Assembly (NCBI GenBank): GCA_964270895.1
Contig: OZ185450.1
Origin: Podarcis filfolensis
Taxonomy: Eukaryota
Length of the DNA stretch: 64,000 nucleotides
Reading direction: 5' to 3' (one strand)
Made by a program: the position numbers and the translations under genes. The notes under the pieces were generated by a model. The model was not told where the DNA came from. It ran no database searches and saw only the letters and a program-made list of their open reading frames with translations. Shown piece by piece: positions 1 through 10,652 of the stretch (position 1 is its first letter; each line of letters begins with the position of its first letter).

Positions 1-935
1 TTTCCCTCCTTTCACCAATTAACAGTCTGTTTTTTCCTAAACCTTTATAACCTTTCTGCTAAGACCACATAGCTTCATTCCAACATCCTTCTAACATTCA
101 TTAATTTTACAATGTTTCTGTAGATAGTCTTTAAATTTCTTCCAATCTTCCTCCACCGACTCTTCTCCCTGGTCTTGGATTCTGCCAGTCATTTCCGCCA
201 GTTCCATGTAGTCAATCACCTTCATCTGCCATTCTTCCTGGGTGGGTAGATCTTGTGTCTTCCAGTACTTTGCAATAAGTATTCTTGCTGCTGTTGTAGC
301 ATACATAAAGAAAGTTCTATCCTTCTTTGGCACCAATTGGCCGACCATGCCCAGGAGAAAGGCCTCTGGCTTCTTCAGAAAGGTATATTTAAATACCATT
401 TTCATTTCATTTCATTTCATCTCCCAGAAAGCCTTAATCCTTGGGCATGTCCACCAAAGGTGAAAGAATGTACCTTCAGTCTCTTTACATTTCCAACATT
501 TATTATCGGGCAAATGGTAGATTTTTGCAAGCTTGACTGGTGTCATGTACCACCTGTATATCATTTTCATAATATTCTCTTTTAAGGCATTGCATGCCGT
601 AAACTTCATACCTGTGGTCCATAACTGTTCCCAGTCAGCCATCATAATATTATGTCCAACATCTTGTGCCCATTTAATCATAGCTGATTTCACCATTTCA
701 TCCTGAGTATTCCATTTCAACAGCAAGTTATACATTCTTGACAAGTTCTTAATTTTGGGATCTAACAGTTCTGTTTCCAATTTTGATTTTTCCACCTGGA
801 AGCCAATTTTTTTATCCAAATTATATGCTTCCATTATTTGGTAATAATGAAGCCAGTCTCGCACTCTATTTTTTAGTTTTTCAAAACTCTGCAGTTTTAA
901 TCTGTCTCCCTCTTGTTCCAGAATTTCCCAATATT
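1..935 (-). mobile_element. L1-clade LINE, 3' part of ORF2 (5'-truncated, runs off window)
   Basis: ORFs 412-864 and 91-405 give the ORF2 C-terminal CCHC motif CWKC-x-GTFFHLWWTC followed by KKPEAFLLG...AARILIAKYWK. Confidence 0.8.
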
Positions 936-1132
936 TCGGCCGACACCGCAGTCTCTACTGTCTCCAAACCCTGGGTTAGCGCCTGGAACCTTCCACTACT
1001 TAGAGATTGGGTGGCATGCAGCAATAAATATTACTTTCATTAACCTAGAGTGACCTGTTTATTGGAGGATCTCTTCCTCCTTTTTTCCTTGTCTCTGCTT
1101 TGAAAGTTTCTCCCCTTTCTTCTGCCTCCCAG

Positions 1133-1233
1133 CCACAGTGGGTTTGACCGAGGAGCAGAAGGAGTTCCAAAAAGTGGCCTTTGACTTTGCTGCCAAAGAA
1201 ATGGCCCCCCACATGGCTGAGTGGGATGAGAAG
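1133..1233 (+). CDS. ACAD8: ACAD8 exon 2 ([34 protein letters not shown])
   Basis: Polypyrimidine tract + CAG acceptor at 1131-1132; GTGAGG donor at 1234; acyl-CoA dehydrogenase N-terminal helix motif LTEEQKEF. Confidence 0.95.
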
Positions 1234-1459
1234 GTGAGGAATCCACTAGGCGCATAGATACCAGATCTGACGACAATGCTTAAATGCCCTACCAAGAGAG
1301 CAGGTGGGGAAAGCCTGCCGCTGTTTGCTACTGCTGATTGGTTTGTTTGCTTGGGGCTGCTCGCTTCTGCTACTCACTAGCAAAAAAAAAATGTTAAAGG
1401 TGACCTTTCCTGGCTTCTGAGTGGTAGCACTTGTTTATTCACCGGTAAGTTACCCTATG

Positions 1460-1805
1460 ATGCGGGTGGCGCTGTGGGTTAAACCACAGAGCCAAGGACT
1501 TGCCGATCAGAAGGTTGGCAGTTAGAATCCCCGTGACGGGGTGAGTTCCCATTTCTCGGTCCCTGCTCCTGCCCACCTAGCAGTTCGAAAGCACATCAAA
1601 GTGCAAGTAGATAAATAGGTACTGCTCCAGCAGGAAGGTAAACGGCGTTTCCATGCGCTGCTCTGGTTCGCCAGAAGCAGCTTAGTCATGCTGGCCACAT
1701 GAGCTGTACGCCAGCTCCCTCGGCCAATAAAGCGAGATGAGCGCCGCAATCCCAGAGTCGGCCACGACTGGACCTAATGGTCAGGCGTCCCCTTTACCCT
1801 TTACC
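1460..1805 (+). mobile_element. Sauria SINE, full length, 14-bp TSD
   Basis: tRNA-like head GCGGGTGGCGCTGTGGG, typical body, (CCTTTA) tail; TAAGTTACCCTATG at 1446-1459 and 1806-1819. Confidence 0.92.
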
Positions 1806-1924
1806 TAAGTTACCCTATGCTTCAAAAGGCACCTCAGTGGTGGTTTTAGTATGTATGTATCAGGTTTTACCACTTCAAAGCCACACAGTGTTCCCTCCAC
1901 ATTTGTAAGGAGTAATTCCTTTTG

Positions 1925-2060
1925 TGTGGCTTCACCTGGAACTGTGGAACTCCCTGCCAATTTACATTCGGCAAGCACCATCATTATATTCTTTTAGAAA
2001 CCTGCTGAAAAGCATCTGCTTTAGTGGGTCTGTCTGGACATATGATCTGTTCTTCCATTT
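1925..2060 (+). mobile_element. L2 LINE 3' fragment, degraded
   Basis: Encodes WNSLP...F..LLK-like ORF2 end; similar to 42090-42230. Confidence 0.5.
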
Positions 2061-2106
2061 ATTTTGGATGTGTGTGATTTTTAAGAAGCTTATAACAGTT
2101 TAAAAA

Positions 2107-2432
2107 TCTTATCATAGAGTCGGAAAGGACCCCAAGGGCCATCTAGTCCAACCCCCTGCAATGCAGGAATCTCAACTAAAGCACCCAGGACAGATGGCCA
2201 TCCAACCTTAGTTCAACAACCTCCAATGAAGGAGAGTCCACTACCTTCCAAAGGGAGTCCAGTCCACTGTCGAACAGCTCTTAGCCTCAGAAAGATCTTC
2301 ATAATGTTTAGCTGGAATCTTTCCTTTCCTGTAACTCGAAACCATTGGTTTAAGTCATCCTGTTCAGAGTTCCATTCTCCATGTGGCAGCCCTTTAGATA
2401 TTTGAAGATGGCTCTGATAGCTCCTCTCAAGC
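2107..2432 (-). mobile_element. CR1 LINE 3' fragment
   Basis: Colinear similarity to the CR1 at 54890-55200, including the TCATAGAGT...CCAACCCCCTGC tail. Confidence 0.75.
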
Positions 2433-2605
2433 AGCAGTTATTCTAGTAAGCCAATATTGTGGTCGGTGGGTGAGGGGTGTTCACCTGCTGCTTCAAAGAA
2501 ATAGTTGTCCTTGAGAAAAGGAAGAGAAAGGGGGGAAAAACAAACCTCAAGATTAGTCGATAACCCAAATGAAGAACTGTTTCCTCTCACTCTCTCTCTT
2601 CGCAG

Positions 2606-2775
2606 GAAATATTCCCTGTGGAGACAGTGCGGAAAGCAGCTCAGCTGGGGTTTGGTGGGATCTATGTGCAGCCGGACGTGGGGGGCTCTGGGTTGTCCCG
2701 GCTCGACACCTCCATCATCTTTGAGGCTCTGTCGACGGGCTGTGTCAGTACGACAGCTTATATCAGCATCCACAA
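2606..2775 (+). CDS. ACAD8: ACAD8 exon 3 ([57 protein letters not shown])
   Basis: CAG acceptor 2604-2605; GTGAGT donor at 2776; GGSGLSRLD motif. Confidence 0.96.
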
Positions 2776-2872
2776 GTGAGTAATGGGAGGCAGAAGGGCT
2801 CGGCCAGGAAGGCCGCCTTCAGGCAGAGGGTCTGCATTGTGATGCCTTTTCTTGTGGTTGTCGCTGCTGCAG

Positions 2873-2982
2873 CATGTGCAATTGGATGATCGACACCTTT
2901 GGGACAGAGGAACAGAGGCACAAGTTCTGCCCGTCGCTTTGCAGCATGGAAAAGCTTTCCTCCTACTGTCTGACCGAGCCAG
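2873..2982 (+). CDS. ACAD8: ACAD8 exon 4 ([36 protein letters not shown])
   Basis: CAG acceptor 2871-2872; GTGAGG donor at 2983; YCLTEP FAD-binding motif. Confidence 0.96.
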
Positions 2983-3234
2983 GTGAGGGAGATTTGTTCA
3001 TTTAGTTAAAAGTTTTTCATCAAATTATATTTTATTGATTTCCGCGCGAAAGCAACAGCAGCAATGAAGAAACAGGTAAGTGTCTCTGCTCCCTCATATA
3101 GAAGAAGAAGGAAGCAGCTGAAAAACTTTTGAGGATATCCAAAGTAGATGAAATTAAGAGTCCAAATGGCAGAGGACAGAAGCCACTTCAGACAGTCTCA
3201 GGATTGCAGATGGAAAATGAGGACCCCTCCATGA

Positions 3235-4219
3235 CATAGCTGTCAACATACAGATTTGAAAATAAGGGACCAGCAGCCTTGAAAATAAGGGACCTGCAGC
3301 CTCACCTGTTCCAGGCACTCCAGTCTTCCTGTCCTCCTGCAGTCTGGTCAAACTCATGCTGGTAGCTTCGAGAACACTGTCCAACCAACTTTGTAACCAG
3401 AGGTTCAACTGAATAGAATCTGAATCACATGCACCACAAGGCCTATATAGCCTCAACTTAAGATGGCTCCCCGGCCTGGCTTTGCACTGCAAGGTTTGCA
3501 GCAGCACGTGCAACAAAATGGCGTCCAGCATTCAAAAAACCCCTCAGCTTGCATTAACTAGCCACACACACACACACAGCCTCCCCCCCTTGCCACGAGA
3601 TCGCCAGTCACCCACCATTTCAGTCAGCCAGCTCCTTTCTTTTCCCCCATAAGTCAATCGAAGGAGCCTTCAAAACAAATTCAAAAGCCCCCCCCACGAG
3701 ATCTCCTTTCCTTTCCCCCCACCATGTGCCCCCGCTCCAGACAGACCTTTTCGCCGGCAAGGGTGAGTGGGCCGTCGATGACGTATCCATCCAATTCCAA
3801 TCCGAGCACTCAGCACAGGTATGTTCAACTTCTGAGCCCCTCTGAGCCAAAGGCAGAAAGCCCAGCCAGCAGCCAAACGAAGCCTCAAGGAAAACCACCG
3901 TCACCTCTCCGCTGGGAAGCGCTGAGCAAAGGCGAGTCCCCAGGGAACGCAGCCGATTTGATCAGCACAAGGCATGCAAGCTCCACCCCCCAGTTGTTCT
4001 TAGACTTCTTATTGGGTGAGCAACACAGCCAAGCAACACAGTTGCAGCCTCCCTCCTCTCTGGCCGGCAGGGAGGGAGGGAGAGGAGCTGCTTCCTTTGA
4101 AATTGAAGGGACATCATTTAAGGGACATTTAAGGGACATCCATCAATAAGGGACAGCAGCGGGACATGGCGATGGAATAAGGGACTGTCCCTTCAAATAA
4201 GGGACACTTGACAGCTATG
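3235..4219. mobile_element. Non-autonomous hAT DNA transposon, 985 bp, in ACAD8 intron 4
   Basis: Perfect 12-bp TIRs CATAGCTGTCAA / TTGACAGCTATG; perfect 8-bp TSD CTCCATGA (3227-3234, 4220-4227); subterminal AAGGGAC repeats; no transposase ORF. Confidence 0.88.
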
Positions 4220-4227
4220 CTCCATGA

Positions 4228-4510
4228 ATGTATCCAAGTCTTTCAAAGCAAGCTAGTTACTGCCTCCTGCGGGAGTGAGTTCCATAGTTGAACTATGCAT
4301 AGTACGAAAAAGTACTTTTTATTTTTTATTATATCAATAAAAATCTTCCAGTATTCAATTTCCCTGGATGCAAACGAGTTCTAGTGTTCTGAGAGATGGA
4401 GAAAAACTTTTCTCCATCAACTCTCTCCATGCCATGGTTAATTTTATAAACCTCTATCATGCCACCTCTTTCTTGCTTTTTCTCTAAAAGGTCCCAAACA
4501 CTGCAGCGTT
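4228..4510 (-). mobile_element. Old CR1/L3-like LINE fragment
   Basis: Reverse complement resembles the CR1 fragment at 14526-14870 (GAGTTCCATAGTT...ATTTTATAAACCTCTATCATG). Confidence 0.55.
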
Positions 4511-4740
4511 TCTTCCCCTGGCGGAGGGGGGGGGGGTCACTCCATTCCCTTGCTCATTTTGGGTGTCCTTTTCTGAACCCTTTCTGGCTCTACAGTATCC
4601 TTGTTGATCTGAGGTGACGAAGGCCACCCTGTGAGCACCCCAAAAATTGGAACCCGGGCCTCTCTTGTCTGAATCTTACTCTTTATTGCTCTTTTAACGG
4701 TATCTCAGTTGCAATTGTCTGCCGCTTCTTTCCCAAACAG

Positions 4741-4817
4741 GAAGTGGAAGTGATGCGGCTTCCCTGCTAACTTCAGCCCGGAAGAAAGGGGACACTTACA
4801 TTCTGAACGGCTCCAAG
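4741..4817 (+). CDS. ACAD8: ACAD8 exon 5 (GSGSDAASLLTSARKKGDTYILNGSK)
   Basis: CAG acceptor 4739-4740; GTACCA donor at 4818; GSGSDA and YILNGSK motifs. Confidence 0.96.
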
Positions 4818-5466
4818 GTACCAGGGTCCTCCTCTTTGACACCCACTCTTCATCTTCGCCTCAATGAACCCTCCAAAATATTCTTGTGCAGAATTAACTA
4901 CCTCCCCCTCTTTAGGCTATTTCGGTGGTCCAAGCAGTCATTGCTGCAGATGTCCAGAATGCAGTATTTTCTCCCTTCTGCAGTCCCTGCCCGCCCCATG
5001 CCTTCTGCACATAAATTATTTGGTTCTGAAGATTGCTTTGGGAATTCCACTTGTGTTTCTTACAGCTATCTGGCTTAAGATAGCTTTGAAAAGGGAAGCG
5101 GATAAATGCGCAGTGTTGTTAGGTCAGGTGATGGTTATCATTTCAGGATCAGTCTTGTTTCCAGATGTGTGCTGTGGGCTAGCTGTCAGATACCTGCCCA
5201 CGAACAACAAAGCAGGAGACCTACTGCCTCCCCCCCGGCTCCTGCTGCTTTGCAGCTGCCTCCCCCCCCCCCCGATTCCCTTCCCTTCTCCAGATGTGCA
5301 GTTGTTGACCAGAGTCGGAGATGCTGCTGCCCTTGCTTTTCACTCTCCTTCAGGTTGGTTGTGTGGATTGGGCCTGGAAGAAAAGGCCAGGAGTGTCAGT
5401 GAGAGTGAGAGTCAGTGAGAGTGTCAGGAAGAGAGAGGGGCCTGCTCCCTGGGAGCATCTGATCCC

Positions 5467-5602
5467 CATTCCCTCCAATGTTTCTCCAACGAAAATAGGC
5501 ATGTTGTAGGGAAAAGCGGGACATTCTGGGATCAAATCAGAAACCAGGACAGCTTCTGTAAATCCAGGACTGTCCCTGGAAAATAGGGACTCTTGGAGAT
5601 TG
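5467..5602. mobile_element. Degenerate hAT-type MITE related to the 3235-4219 element
   Basis: Right end GGACTGTCCCTGGAAAATAGGGACTCTTGGAG parallels GGGACTGTCCCTTCAAATAAGGGACACTTGACAG; left end CATTCCCTCCAA. No clear TSD. Confidence 0.55.
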
Positions 5603-5670
5603 CATGTGGGATCAAACCAGGGACCTTCTGCATGCAAACCAGGTGGATACCATCCCACTACATCCTTTCC

Positions 5671-5722
<52 letters not shown>
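5671..5722. repeat. (TAA)17 microsatellite
   Basis: Directly visible. Confidence 0.98.
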
Positions 5723-6055
5723 TTATTATTTATACCCCGCCCATCTGGTTGGGCTTCCCCAGCCACTCTGGGCGGCTTCCAGCCAAATATTAAAATACAG
5801 TAATACATCAAACATTAAAAGCTTCCCTAAACAGGGCTGCCTTCAGATGTCTTCTAAAAGTTTGGTAGTTGTTGTTCTCTTTGACATCTGGTGGGAGGGT
5901 GTTCCACAGGGCGGGTGCCACTACTGAGAAGGCCCTCTGCCTGGTTCCCTGTAATTTGGCTTTTCGCAGTGAGGGAACTGCCAGAAGGCCCTCGGCACTG
6001 GACCTCAGTCTCCGGGTAGAACAATGGGGGTGGAGACGCTCCTTCAGATATAGTG
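5671..6055 (-). mobile_element. L2 LINE 3' end with microsatellite tail
   Basis: ORF 5808-6098 encodes RAFSVVAPALWNTLP...FRRHLKAALFREAF (L2 ORF2 C-terminus); the tail is the (TAA)n tract. Confidence 0.8.
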
Positions 6056-6400
6056 GGAGAGGGCTGATGTCCGCACCCTTGTTTGTGGCCTTCCTCAAAG
6101 CGTCTCCCTGTGTGCTGATGGGGGAAGGGTACTGGGTGCCTGATTCAGCGGTGCCCTTCTTAGCGCCATGTTGCCACTCTGCCCTCCCTGTTTATCCTCC
6201 CTCGTTTCATCTTAATCTTCTCCCCTCTCCTTTGTTCTCACTCCAGCCCTTCTCTCCTTCCTGGACTTGCATAGCCTTGGATGCACAGGCCCCCCAGGGG
6301 CAACCTGTCTGCTTCTTGAGGTTGTCTGGGCTGTAGTAGACTCTCCCTCCCTCCCTCCCCTCCCCTTTCTCTTGAGCCATCCTTATTCTTGTCTCCCTAG

Positions 6401-6538
6401 GCCTTCATTAGTGGTGGCGGCGACACAGACCTGTATGTGGTGATGTGCCGGACGGGAGGGCCAGGCCCCAAAGGAATCTCATGCCTGGTTCTGGAGAAGG
6501 GGACTCCCGGCTTGAGTTTTGGCAAAAAGGAGAAAAAG
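6401..6538 (+). CDS. ACAD8: ACAD8 exon 6 ([46 protein letters not shown]), GC donor
   Basis: TAG acceptor 6399-6400. The frame continues into exon 7 only if splicing is at AAG|GCAAGC (6539). Confidence 0.93.
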
Positions 6539-6843
6539 GCAAGCAGGTCGGGGGGGGCGAGGAGACACTCTTGGCTTTTGGGGTGCATGCTGCATTCAGA
6601 TTAAAAATATGCCACTTTTGCCACTGTGGGGACTTGCTTAAGTGGCCAGCCAGTATATTTTATTTAGCTATTAAAAAAAATTATTTATCCTATTTATACA
6701 TCATAAAAAAGAAAAATTATCAAATCCGTTTTCAGCAGTAAAAACATAAAACCATAAAAAGTTAAAAACAAACACCAACAAACCATTGTGGAAGGATGGT
6801 GTTCTTTTTAAAAATTATTATTATTATTATTTATTAAAATGTG

Positions 6844-6997
6844 CAGTGCTTTTTTCTAAAAAAATGTTTAGGGGTGCTCTCATTTTGACTCAAGTTGGAA
6901 TTGTGAAAAATAAATACAGTAAATGGACAAAAGTACAGAGATTCACAAAATGTTTAGGGGTATGCGTACCTCCCCGTCCCCCCAGAAAAAAGCACTG
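6844..6997. mobile_element. hAT-type MITE, 154 bp
   Basis: Perfect 14-bp TIR CAGTGCTTTTTTCT / AGAAAAAAGCACTG; TSD AAAATGTG / AAAATGTA (7/8). Confidence 0.82.
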
Positions 6998-6999
6998 AA

Positions 7000-7340
7000 A
7001 ATGTATATACTGCCCCATTCCCATAGATCTCATGGCAGTTCACAACATAAAAATACAGTATTAAAAAAACACAAAATACATGATAAAAGTAAGAACAGAA
7101 AAAACACAATAATTCCCCCTCCCACATCACATTTAAAAGCGCATCGGATGACAGTCCTGGTTGAAGAGGAATGTTTTCGTCTGATGCCTAAAGGTGTGTA
7201 GTGAAGGTGCCAGCCGAACCTCTCTGGGGAGAGCATTCCACAGACAGGGAGCCACCACAGAAAAGGCCACTTCTTGTGTTGCCAACCTCTGGACCTCTCA
7301 TGGAGGTGGCACACAAAAAAGGGCTTCAGAGGATGATTGC
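7000..7340 (-). mobile_element. L2 LINE 3' fragment
   Basis: GAGCATTCCACAGACAGGGAGCCACCACAGAAAAGGCC is the antisense of the RAFSV.AP.LWN.LP motif. Confidence 0.65.
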
Positions 7341-7528
7341 AGGGTTCAGGTTGGTTCCTGGGCCCAGCAGAACAGAAATGTTTTCAGCTGGTGTCTAAAG
7401 GTTGGCAGCGAAGGCACCCCGCTGAATCTCTAGTGGCAGAGTGTTCCACAGGACTGGGCTTAAGACACAGCAGTGGCATCAGAGCGCAAGAGCAAAAAAA
7501 GGCTCTTCTGTTTTCCCCTCCCCTGCAG

Positions 7529-7970
<442 letters not shown>

Positions 7971-8339
7971 TGATCCCCAGCAGCTCCAAGTTGGGTTGGG
8001 AGTGATTCCACGCCTCCTGTGGCACTCAGGGCAGAAGCTAAGGCCACATTCACATCGTCCATTCAAAGCACAATGATATCCCTAGAATCATAGGTTCTCT
8101 AGTCCAATGCTCTTATACTGCCCACTGCTGTCCCTGCGTGGGCTCCAGCTGGCAACTTTCCAGTTAACAGCCAGGCACCCTGACCCGTTGTGCTTCAGAT
8201 CATGGCTTCCCCCAAAGAATTCTGGGAGCTGTAGTTTGTTAAGAGTGCCAAGAGCTGTTTTGAGGTCCTTTGAGGTCCTGTTTTGAGTCTGGACCAGTCT
8301 GAATAGTTAGCTTTGGTGAAGACTTGACGTTTTTATCCC

Positions 8340-8498
8340 CCCAAAAGTTTTTGATTGAGTTTCCACTGAAATGAGGTTGCATTTTAATGTTTTAATGTTG
8401 TATTCTAATCTTGTTTTTTAAGCTGTGTTTCAATCGTTTTTATATTTGGTGTTAGCTGCCCTGAGCCCGGTCTTGGCTGGGGAGGGCGGGGTATAAAA

Positions 8499-8550
<52 letters not shown>

Positions 8551-8557
8551 TATTATT
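8340..8557 (+). mobile_element. L2-type 3' UTR with (TTA)n tail (8501-8557)
   Basis: GTTAGCTGCCCTGAGCCC...GGGCGGGGTATAAA followed by a long TTA tract. Confidence 0.6.
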
Positions 8558-9078
8558 CCCCTCGCAAAGTTACAGTGCCCAGAGTGGTTTAACAAATCAA
8601 TCCCTCTTCTCCGGGAACTCTGGATATTGTAGGTCTGGAAGGGGAATAGGAGATCCCCTCCCAACTCCAGCTCCCATAATTCTTTGCAAGAAGCACCAAT
8701 TATTTAAAGTGGCATCGCAGTGCTTTATGATTGTGAATGTGGCCTACGAGTGATCCAGCGAGGAGGGACATAATAAGGCGCTGCCAACCGTGAACCCCAC
8801 TGAGCACGACACCATCTGCACACTGACCGGCAGCCCCTCTGTGGTGGCTTCCACAACAAGCGTCTGTTCCTAGCCCTACCTGTGCACATAGGATACTGAA
8901 CTTGGGTCCTTCTGTATGCAAGCATTTGCCCCCCCCCCTTTGGGCAGGCCCCCTCGCTCGCTGGTTGGGGAGAAATGGGGGAATAGGGCAGCCTCACAGC
9001 AGCAGCAAAATGGGGGCCGCTTGCTGGGTTGGCCCTCTGGGTACAGCTTTACCTGTTTTCCTGCTTCTCTTTTGGCAG

Positions 9079-9231
9079 TACCTCCAGTTTCGGCTGGCAG
9101 AGATGGCAACCCGCTTGGTGGCTGCCCGGCTCATGGTGCGAAACGCGGCGCAGGCACTGCAGGAGCGGCGCGAGGATGCTGTGGCCCTCTGCTCCATGGC
9201 CAAGCTCTTTGCCACGGATGAATGCTTTGCG
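9079..9231 (+). CDS. ACAD8: ACAD8 exon 9 ([51 protein letters not shown])
   Basis: CAG acceptor 9077-9078; GTAGGC donor at 9232; SMAKLFAT motif. Confidence 0.96.
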
Positions 9232-9843
9232 GTAGGCAAATCCCCCCTCCTCCAGCCCCCCCAAAACAAAAACAAATACATGCATGTTTACTGCAGTTGC
9301 AAAGGTGGCGCTTTTTGCATCTTCAAACGTTTAAGGCTTCTTCCTTGGTATTTAAAAGACGCCATCTCGGGAAATGATCAAGAAGTGGTAAGTCAAAGGT
9401 AACGATCCCAAGGAATTGGGAAAAGACCTCCTTTGCATTAGCTGCTGCGGCAGCCCATCCACTTTCTCTCGAGCAAGGCTGCCCAGAGAGCTCACTGGTG
9501 CTGGTGCTGTTCACCGCAGCTACTGTTGCAAGGAAGCAGCAGCAGCTGGGAAACAAGCACAAGGAATGTCAGTTTGCAGACTGCTGCTCCTGCTATCCCA
9601 GAAAGCAGGGCAGGAGAAGCAGAAGCAGAAGCCAAATCTATAGGTCCGACTATTCAAGTCAAGGGAAAGTTTGTTGTTTAGTGGTTAACTCACTCAACCA
9701 CTAGGTGGCAGTGTTGTATTTTAATCCAGGCTTCTGTGAGTCTTTAAAGGCTATTGTGTCTGCTTTCTCTCTGCTTTCGTTTTTTCAAAAGACTGGTGCG
9801 TAAACTCATTTATTGTCCCTGTTCTACTTTGCTGCTGCTGCTG

Positions 9844-10078
9844 CTATTATTATTATTATTATTAATTATTATTATTATATTTACATTTATATCCCAGCTT
9901 TTCCCCAAGGAGCTAAAGGTAGTGTGCATAGTCCTCCCTGATTTATTCTCACAACAACAGCCCTGTGAGGTAGGTTGGGCTGAGAGTGGGTGACGAGCCC
10001 AGGGTCACCCAGTGAGCTACATGGCTGAGTGGGGATTTGACGTCCTAGTGTCCAGCACTCTAACCACTACACCACACT
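9844..10078 (-). mobile_element. MIR-like/CORE-type tRNA SINE with (TAT)n tail
   Basis: Head CAGTGTGGTGTAGTGGTTAG on the minus strand; core ACAACAGCCCTGTGAGGTAGG. Relatives near 13055-13260, 25040-25220 and 46120-46180. Confidence 0.7.
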
Positions 10079-10549
10079 GCCCCGGGCAAGGTCTTCTCCT
10101 TCTGGGGACAAAGGTGGGGAACCTATTTCAGCCTGAGGGCAGCCTACCAGTGCCAGGCATATACACTAGTTCTTCTCCCAGCAATTAGGCTTAAAGAAAA
10201 GCATCTTACTGGTGCAATAAAAGGCCTTCTTCAAGTTCAGTTGTGGCACGGGCTGTGTGTGAGGTTTTTTTGGGGGGGAGGAACGGGAGGGTGAATTTTC
10301 CCACCCCAGCTATAGTAAACACACCCTTCCAAAACAAACCAGTCCCCTGGACTTGGAGAAGAGACATGTGTCTGCTCTTATAGAAGAGTTCTCGTCTCCC
10401 CCCACCCAGCCAAAGTGGGACAGTCAGCAGAGCACTGTAGACCGGATGGGGAGGTCCCAGGGGCCACATTTGGCTTGTGGACTGGCTCATTTCCTCCCCG
10501 ACCCTCCCGGCTCTGGGGCTCGACTCTTACTTGATTCCGTCTCATGCAG

Positions 10550-10652
10550 ATCTGCAACCAAGCCCTGCAGATGTACGGGGGATACGGGTACCTGAAGGAT
10601 TACGCAGTGCAGCAGTTTGTACGAGACATCCGTGTGCACCAGATTTTGGAAG
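10550..10652 (+). CDS. ACAD8: ACAD8 exon 10 ([34 protein letters not shown])
   Basis: CAG acceptor 10548-10549; GTGAGT donor at 10653; GGYGY motif and catalytic Glu of ILEG. Confidence 0.96.

Noticed and set aside
1-1132. ACAD8 exon 1 or THYN1 within the window
   Set aside because: This stretch is L1 sequence plus the intron end, with no mitochondrial leader exon, CpG island or THYN1-like peptide. Both presumably lie upstream.
5350-5927. ORFs with poly-Leu, poly-Asn or poly-Ile
   Set aside because: They are translations of the (TAA)n microsatellite; the same applies at 8452-8664 and 9754-9993.
6545-6552. GT donor (CAG|GTCGGG) as the true end of ACAD8 exon 6
   Set aside because: It adds 8 nt and frameshifts exon 7; the conserved KKEKK-xGWNSQ junction requires the GC site.
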